Origin: Eledone cirrhosa
Lineage: Eukaryota
Direction: 5' to 3'
DNA length: 64,000 nucleotides
Assembly: GCA_964016885.1 (NCBI GenBank)
Contig: OZ024742.1
Location: 315,890,001 to 315,954,000, forward strand
Shown here: positions 57,892-64,000 of the stretch, piece by piece
Layout: the number at the start of each line of letters is the position of its first letter
How positions within the stretch are numbered: position 1 is the first letter of the stretch
The notes under the pieces: model-generated
The model's database searches: none
Told to the model about the DNA's origin: nothing
What the model saw: the letters and a program-made list of their open reading frames with translations, nothing else
Program-made: the position numbers and the translations under genes

Positions 57892-59180
57892 ACTAGGGCT
57901 ATAACACCCCAGTTGCCGATTTTGCAATGGGTAACCCCTGCTTGCCAAGGAAGACGTAAGATCTTCTTTGTATTCTTTTATCGCTTCCTTTATTTCCTTC
58001 CCCCCTCTCTCCTTTGTCCTTCTACCCCAGCTCCTCTCCTTTGTCGGCGTCTTTTCTCGCCCACCCGAGGCTGCCCTTTGGCCCCATGTAGCCTTAGTAC
58101 CCCCACCCCCCTCCCCTAGTCTTTGATAGATTTGGCGGACTCCGCCCTTTATAGCAGTTGGCTTAGACCCCGGATATTTTCCCCCTTTTTCCGACCGCTC
58201 CCACTATTCTCTGTGCCCTCTATATTTCTTAGTGGCACATGCCTTATTTTTTCGTTTCAGTATTTCTTGCTTCGCTTTTCTTCTGGGCGGGGTGGATTCT
58301 GAATTTATTTCTCCGTATTCTACCTTTATTTCGTACGAACTTTCATGTAGCTTGTTTTAGATCTTTTAGAGTTAGCATTAGTATTTATTTTTCTCGGGAC
58401 TCAGAATTATTATCTCGTACAAGTTCACTTTGCTGCACTGGGTCGTTGCTGGCCCGGGATGGAAACCTTTATTGTTTATTTCGTGGTAGTCTCTTTAGTA
58501 TTTTGGCCCCTTTTGTTGACCCGTCACCGTATCATTTACGTACTTATACCTCTTAAAAGGGTCCTTGCCTTATCCGTCCCACCTAGTTCTCTTACTTATT
58601 TCCTTATTTATTTATTTATTTATTTATTTACTTCTTTCTTTCTTTCTTTATTTTATTCTCGCCTAACAATAGCCTGACACCTAGGTCGTAGAATTTAATT
58701 TACTTTACTTTTTTCTTTACACTTATTTGCTTTTCTTCACTCTCAGTATTTTTTCTTTCCTATTTCTACCCCCCATTGTTCTACCTACCGTTCCGACTTC
58801 CTCCCCCTCCCCCTCCCCTGTATCTTCTTTGACCTCATGCCCAGCTGTAGCTGGCACTACCAACGCTTGATTGGGTCTACTCCACCCCCTCCCCTCTTTC
58901 TCCTACTGGCAGGTTTAGCCACCATCTCCCCTACTAATTTGCAACCACAGAATTACTACTGATTTTTGACAATCACTTTGACCATATATGGAATTACCCC
59001 TTGAGAAGATCGGCTATTTAAATACCAGGATAAATTTTCATTTAGTCCAGAATTAGCCGTCGAAACGGCTTGAGCTCAGCTGTCGGGGTCTTACTGGTTC
59101 CTATTACCCACTCTACTACCTCAAGTATTGAGTACTTTGGTGCGTTATGGTCCACCTGGTTCCTTACCACATTTCCTTCG

Positions 59181-59181
<1 letters not shown>
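57892..59181 (+). repeat. 3' pLTR/UTR of the PLE including the 77-nt tail (59105-59181)
   Basis: Pyrimidine-rich sequence after the stop codon. It contains the hammerhead and ends at ..TTCCTTCGT before (TA)n. Confidence 0.88.
58996..59089 (+). ncRNA. Type I hammerhead ribozyme with U3-A8 core (UUGAGAA), predicted cleavage after GUC at 59084
   Basis: Stem I ACCCC/GGGGT, core TTGAGAA 59001-59007, stem II GA(T)CGGCTA/TAGCCGTC, GAAA 59062-59065, stem III CGGCT/AGCTG around palindromic TGAGCTCA, then TC. Confidence 0.82.
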
Positions 59182-59232
<51 letters not shown>

Positions 59233-59260
59233 ATGTATTTATGCATGTATATGTATATAT

Positions 59261-59640
59261 TCAAGGCAGAATTCTAGGAGAAGGAAAACTATGATATAAC
59301 ACCTGCAACCCTGATGGTATCCAATGATGTTGACTTGTTCTTATTTTTGGTAAATATCATCTTGGTTAAGAGAGTGGGACTGGCTTTGTGCAGTGCCTTT
59401 GCTCACTATAAAAGCTTCACGGCACAGGCATTGCTTTATATCTGGAGATCTCTCTGCACTTGTTGTCACATGGTACCATGGGCCCAGCACTGTGTCAATA
59501 ATTTTCACAAGTGTAGTGTTTGTACCAGAGTTTTCAAGTCGCTGGCTGGACTAAAAAGTCACACTTGTTCAGCGCATCGGTAGGGGTTCTCCTACATGGA
59601 TATAAAGTAGTAGTCGTACTCGAAAACGAGTTGGCAGCCA

Positions 59641-59643
<3 letters not shown>
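59261..59643 (+). mobile_element. 5'-truncated second copy of the RTE-derived non-autonomous element
   Basis: Near-identical to 53308-53690 (ORF 59314-59583 versus 53361-53630). It ends in (TA)n. Confidence 0.85.
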
Positions 59644-59690
<47 letters not shown>

Positions 59691-59862
59691 TATTTTCCGT
59701 TGTGTTGTAATATAAATATTACCCACAGTATTCCCTTAGAATCTCGAGTCTATCTTCTAACATACAAGTATTTAAGGAACACGCCGAGTACTACGATAGG
59801 GGTAGGGGTTCTCCTACATGGATATAAAGTAGTAGTCGTACTCGAAAACGAGTTGGCAGCCA

Positions 59863-59902
<40 letters not shown>

Positions 59903-60010
59903 TATTTTCCGTTGTGTTGTAATATAAATATTACCCACAATATTCCCTTAGAATCTCGAGTCTATCTTCTAACATACAAGTATTTAAGGAACACGCCGAG
60001 TACTACGATA
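59579..60010 (+). repeat. Local tandem duplication of about 215 bp (59579-59798 / 59801-60010)
   Basis: GGTAGGGGTTCTCC..GCAGCCACCA(TA)nCAGTATTTTCC..GAGTACTACGATA occurs twice, differing in (TA)n length and one noticed substitution. Confidence 0.93.
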
Positions 60011-60946
60011 ACGCCCTTAGTAAAGCAGGCTACCTCAACAAAATAGAGTACATAGATGGGAACAATCAAAACACCCAAAATAAATCCCACATAGGTAGAT
60101 ATAATAACACAACACCAAACCACACTTACTACCATAGTATGCACACCAGTAAACCAACAAACAAAACTAATAGAAAGCGATGCAAAGAGTACTTATGGTA
60201 TAACCCCGAATACAATAGCTCCATTAGTACAAATTTACCAGTACTCTTCTTTAAAATAATTAAAAGACATTTTCCCACATCACACAAATACCACAAAATC
60301 CTAAACCCTACCACTATAAGACTGTCATACTCTACAGCGTTAAACCTTGAACAACACATAAAAAAGATCAATACTAGAAGGTTAAACGAAAACACTAAGA
60401 ACTTAAGTACAAAGAACACAAAAAAAAACAGTAGACAATACACTACAGAACATAAATAAACCACACCTAAGTTCGTCCGCAATACTACTCCAGAGAAAAC
60501 CCAACGTACACAACTGTAACTGCACCTATCCTGACAACTGCCCCCTCGGCAATAACTGCCTGGAAAAAAATATTATTTATAAGTGTACCATTAAATCCGG
60601 AGGCAACGAGTGGTATTACGTGGGATCAACGGCAACATCGTTTAAATCTCGATTGTATAGGCATTCTTACTCAATAAAACACCAGAGCCAAAGAAATGTA
60701 ACAACTTTAGCAGAAAAAGCTTGGACGCTCAGGGATAGCGACCAAAAGTTTACCCTAAAATGGGAAAAATTAGCTAAAACCCAAAGCTTTTCCAGGAGCC
60801 AAAATTTCTGCAAATTGTATAATCTTGAGATTTATTACATAATCACACACAAGAAGAAACTGCTGAATAACAGAATTGAACGAACATTATTCTGCCGTCA
60901 CAGAACTAAAACCCTTTTTTCCCACTACAAGCCGAATATTACATAA
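59900..60946 (+). pseudogene. Second PLE family: 5'-truncated, frameshifted thumb + GIY-YIG
   Basis: LRISSLSSNIQVFKEHAEYYDNALSKAGY, WYNPEYNSSISTN..HFPTSHKYHKILN..RLSYST and CNCTYPDNCPLGNNCLEKNIIYKC..YYVGST..FKSRLYRH..CRH are collinear with the 55819-57891 protein. Confidence 0.88.
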
Positions 60947-61058
60947 AAGAGGGACATCCCCCAACTATATAAACCTTAATCTAGTTAGAAAAATATAAAA
61001 ACAATCTCTTCTCAACATATATTAATAACCTTAAATTACCATACTAATAATGAAAAGA

Positions 61059-61116
61059 TATGCTGATGAGAATAGGTACAAATATGCGATAATGAATGTG
61101 TCTAAAAACGTCCATA
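61059..61116 (+). ncRNA. Degenerate type I hammerhead in the 3' region of the second PLE
   Basis: TATG-CTGATGA-GAA-TAGGTACA..TGTGTCTA-AAAA-CG-TC-CATA. Stems I and II pair but the GAAA box lacks its G. Confidence 0.6.
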
Positions 61117-61117
61117 A

Positions 61118-61267
61118 GTATGTATATATATGTGAAAATGTATATAAATAAGTAAATATATATATATGTTTGATGTGTATAGTTAGATGTAAGTGTATTC
61201 ATGTATTAAAGTGCTTATATATATATATGTATGTATATGTATGTATATGTATGTGTATGTATATATG

Positions 61268-61348
<81 letters not shown>

Positions 61349-61620
61349 ATGTATGTATATATGTGTATATGGATGTGTAAGTATGTGTATGTGTGTACAC
61401 ATGGACTAGAGTATGTATGTATATATGAGTGTGTCTATACGTGTGTATATAAAGATAAGTTGAGTATGAAAATGTATACACATGAGCGCGTATGTATGTA
61501 TATGAATACATGTGTGTATATATATGTGTATGCATGTGTATATATATGTAAGTATGAATATGTGAATTGTGAGTATATGTATTTTGTAGAGGTGTGCAAA
61601 TATATTTGTGTGTGAATGCG
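61118..61620. repeat. Degenerate (TA)/(TG)/(TATG) microsatellite field
   Basis: Directly visible. Confidence 0.92.
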
Positions 61621-61914
61621 TGGGTGAAAGGATACGTACACTTGAAAGAAAAATTTAAGTCTGAATGTTAATTAAGTGCAAACACAAAACCAACCACGCA
61701 TATCTTTACTATCTCTAATCCTTCTATAGATTTAGAAAAATAACCAATAATATATTCTATAAAAAATGTCAAAACAACAGATGGGAATCTAATTACTCAC
61801 TGCCACCAAGAATTCTCACTGCTATCGAAAAACCACTCCTTCAACTATTCTTCTAACAACTTCACCCCTCCCTCCTAATATTCTCTATAAAAACTAAATA
61901 GGTCCTCAGTAATA

Positions 61915-62031
61915 TTATTCTGATGAAATGACAGTAAATAATAACATTGAAATATTGAATGTCTGCATAACTAAAAGTTTGTAGATAGCTGTTTTAGGTT
62001 ATGTAACTGTTATAGAAACACGTGTCAATAA
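61915..62031 (+). ncRNA. Type I hammerhead ribozyme with long stem II and palindromic stem III
   Basis: Stem I TTATT/AATAA, CTGATGA 61920-61926, stem II ATGACAGT/ACTGTTAT, GAAA 62015-62018, stem III CACGTG, predicted GUC cleavage at 62026. A tail of about 37 nt and (TA)n follow. Confidence 0.78.
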
Positions 62032-62068
62032 ATTCCTTTCAACTAAACTGTATCCATTCAAATCTTTC

Positions 62069-62100
<32 letters not shown>

Positions 62101-62619
62101 TATTCGTTCACTTTGTATACATACGAACTTCAAACATTCACAGAAATACACTAGCCGTTAGGGAGCCTGGCAATGTCTGATCGAATAACTGGCAATATTT
62201 GATTACTGAATAATAAAATAGAACAGCTTTTGACTGCTCATTGTGGTACAAGTATTTGATACACGAGAAAACCATATGTCGGTGTTGGCTGCTTGTCTGG
62301 AATTGTTCGGAGGGGATTTGTGAAGACGTTGTACAATTGTATTCAGATTTGTTAGATGTTTGGTAGAGTGGAAATATAAATACACAGCGTATATTAGAGA
62401 AATATACTGACACACAGGCACCCAGACACAGGCATACGTGGACGTAATACTAATGCAAACATACAAAAGAAGATGTATATTGAATGTGTATATATACGTA
62501 TGCAAATGCATGTATATGAACGAATGGTAGATACGTGTATGTTTGTGTTAGTATTTTATATATCTATTTATTTATAGATACGCTCGCAGTCTTACGCACC
62601 ATCTATTACATTTAAACAT

Positions 62620-62772
62620 TCACACACACATATATATATGTGAGTGTGTGAATGTGTGTGAACATATTTTTATGTGTGTGAATGTATGTATGTATGTATG
62701 TATTATATATATATATATATATATTTATATATACATACACATTTATATATACATGTATATATATATATATCT

Positions 62773-62820
<48 letters not shown>

Positions 62821-63051
62821 TTTATATATATATATATATTTATATATATGTATATATATATATTTATATATTTATATATGTATATATATATTACGCACAT
62901 TTAATGTATATATAAATATATATATATATATTTTTATGTGTGTGAATGTATGTATGTATTATATATATATATATACACACATTTTTATATATATATATAT
63001 GTATACATATATATATATATATACACACATTTATATATATATATATTTATA

Positions 63052-63082
<31 letters not shown>

Positions 63083-63167
63083 ATTTATATATGTATATAT
63101 ATATATACGCACATTTATATATATATATATAAATATATACATATATATATACATATATATATATATG
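62620..63167. repeat. Degenerate (TA)n-rich low-complexity field with internal duplications
   Basis: Directly visible. It is the source of the YIYI ORFs. Confidence 0.95.
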
Positions 63168-63780
63168 TGAAAAAATGGGGAGAAGAATACTGCAGGTTGC
63201 ACATGGATAACATGTTATAAAATGAGTCCCTCATCAGTGATTTGCCAACGATCATAGATATTTCATTGCATTAAAAATCATATACCTCACGTTGGTGCAA
63301 TAATAACTAAATTAAGTTATTAGGACAATTAAAACGCGTAAAGCGAGTGAGACAAGTAAAGAACAAAGAGGAAAGCTAACCGTAGATAGGAAGAGGCACA
63401 AGCTACATAGTTATTCTATCAGCATAAGCTGGGTGAATATATGAGCGCGTAGAAAATAGACCTTTCGAGATGAATCCAATGTAAGAAAGAAGGGAATTAT
63501 TTTCGTCGCGAACGGGGTGAAGTGAGAAGGGGAGAAACAATGAGTATATATATATACATATATGCGTCTGTGTTTGTGAGGGGGGTGTCTATGCATAAAC
63601 ACACATGCTACGACATTTAACTCTTCGACATTTATTTCTTGGTCAGAAACCTTTGCTTTCTTTATGGAAAGATTTCAAAGAACTAAAGTAGAACGATATC
63701 ATACACACATACACGGACGCACACTTACATACACACGCAAATATTCACACAGACTCACATACATGCGCACGCATATATAA

Positions 63781-63985
63781 TTAATGGTTTCTAATTTAGA
63801 CACAACGCCAACAATGTTTAGGGAGTAGAGGTGGAAGTCGATTAAATCGACCCCAGTACTTGACTGGTACTTTAATCATGGAACTCCAGATGGATGAAAG
63901 GCAAAGTTGACTTCAGCGGGATTTGAACTGTATGTACAGAGCATTTTATCCCCGTTTTAACGATTCTGGTAGTCAATTACGCTTA
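63781..63985 (-). mobile_element. Nin-domain-type tRNA SINE
   Basis: Minus strand CAGTTCAAATCCCGCTGAAGTCAACTTTGCCTTTCATCC..GTACCAGTCAAGTACTGGGGTCGATTTAATCGAC, the same family as 49075-49272. Confidence 0.85.
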
Positions 63986-64000
63986 AAATATAATTAATTC

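Larger units (their letters stand above)
54821..59181 (+). mobile_element. Penelope-like retroelement (probably Naiad clade), 5'-truncated, with inverted 5' pLTR copy, inserted in (TA)n
   Basis: RT+GIY-YIG ORF, 1056-bp inverted repeats, hammerhead in the pLTR, 77-nt unpaired 3' tail and (TA)n on both flanks. The clade call rests on DKT in place of DKG and the CxCx5Cx5C linker, as I recall them for Naiad. Confidence 0.93.

Noticed and set aside
54821-59104. DNA transposon or DIRS element with long terminal inverted repeats
   Set aside because: The protein is PLE RT plus GIY-YIG with no transposase or tyrosine recombinase, and the unpaired 3' tail is PLE-like.
61170-63220. YIYI/CVCV ORFs here and at 43814-44198, 46781-47017, 51361-51656, 52918-53257
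   Set aside because: They are translations of microsatellites.
63170-63540. Minus-strand CTGATGA near 63235 as another hammerhead / PLE 3' end
   Set aside because: No downstream GAAA box or stem I partner was found, and the upstream protein similarity is too weak to call.

Overview
Repeat-only eukaryotic (animal) DNA with no recognisable host gene. The SINE types and microsatellite load fit a cephalopod such as Octopus, but that is inference. Bases 1-42861 are one uninterrupted 44-bp tandem satellite (about 970 monomers, continuing off the left edge) with nested higher-order blocks. All the long ORFs there arise because the monomer has no stop codon on the + strand. Bases 42862-64000 are a patchwork of retroelements: two decayed R4-like (RLE) elements, tRNA/Nin-type SINEs, RTE-derived non-autonomous elements and at least three Penelope-like elements (PLEs). 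The main feature is a young PLE (54821-59181, probably Naiad clade) with an open RT+GIY-YIG frame between 1056-bp inverted repeats. Each repeat carries a type I hammerhead ribozyme with a U3-A8 core variant. Two tiny fold-back insertions (43851-43984 and 47026-47273) repeat the same layout: (TA)n, inverted end, direct end, 70-80 nt tail. This suggests both ends of a cut (TA)n target prime reverse transcription at fixed sites near the ribozyme. Two further apparently intact hammerheads (51708-51832, 61915-62031) and several decayed ones lie within about 20 kb. All folds and alignments were done by eye.
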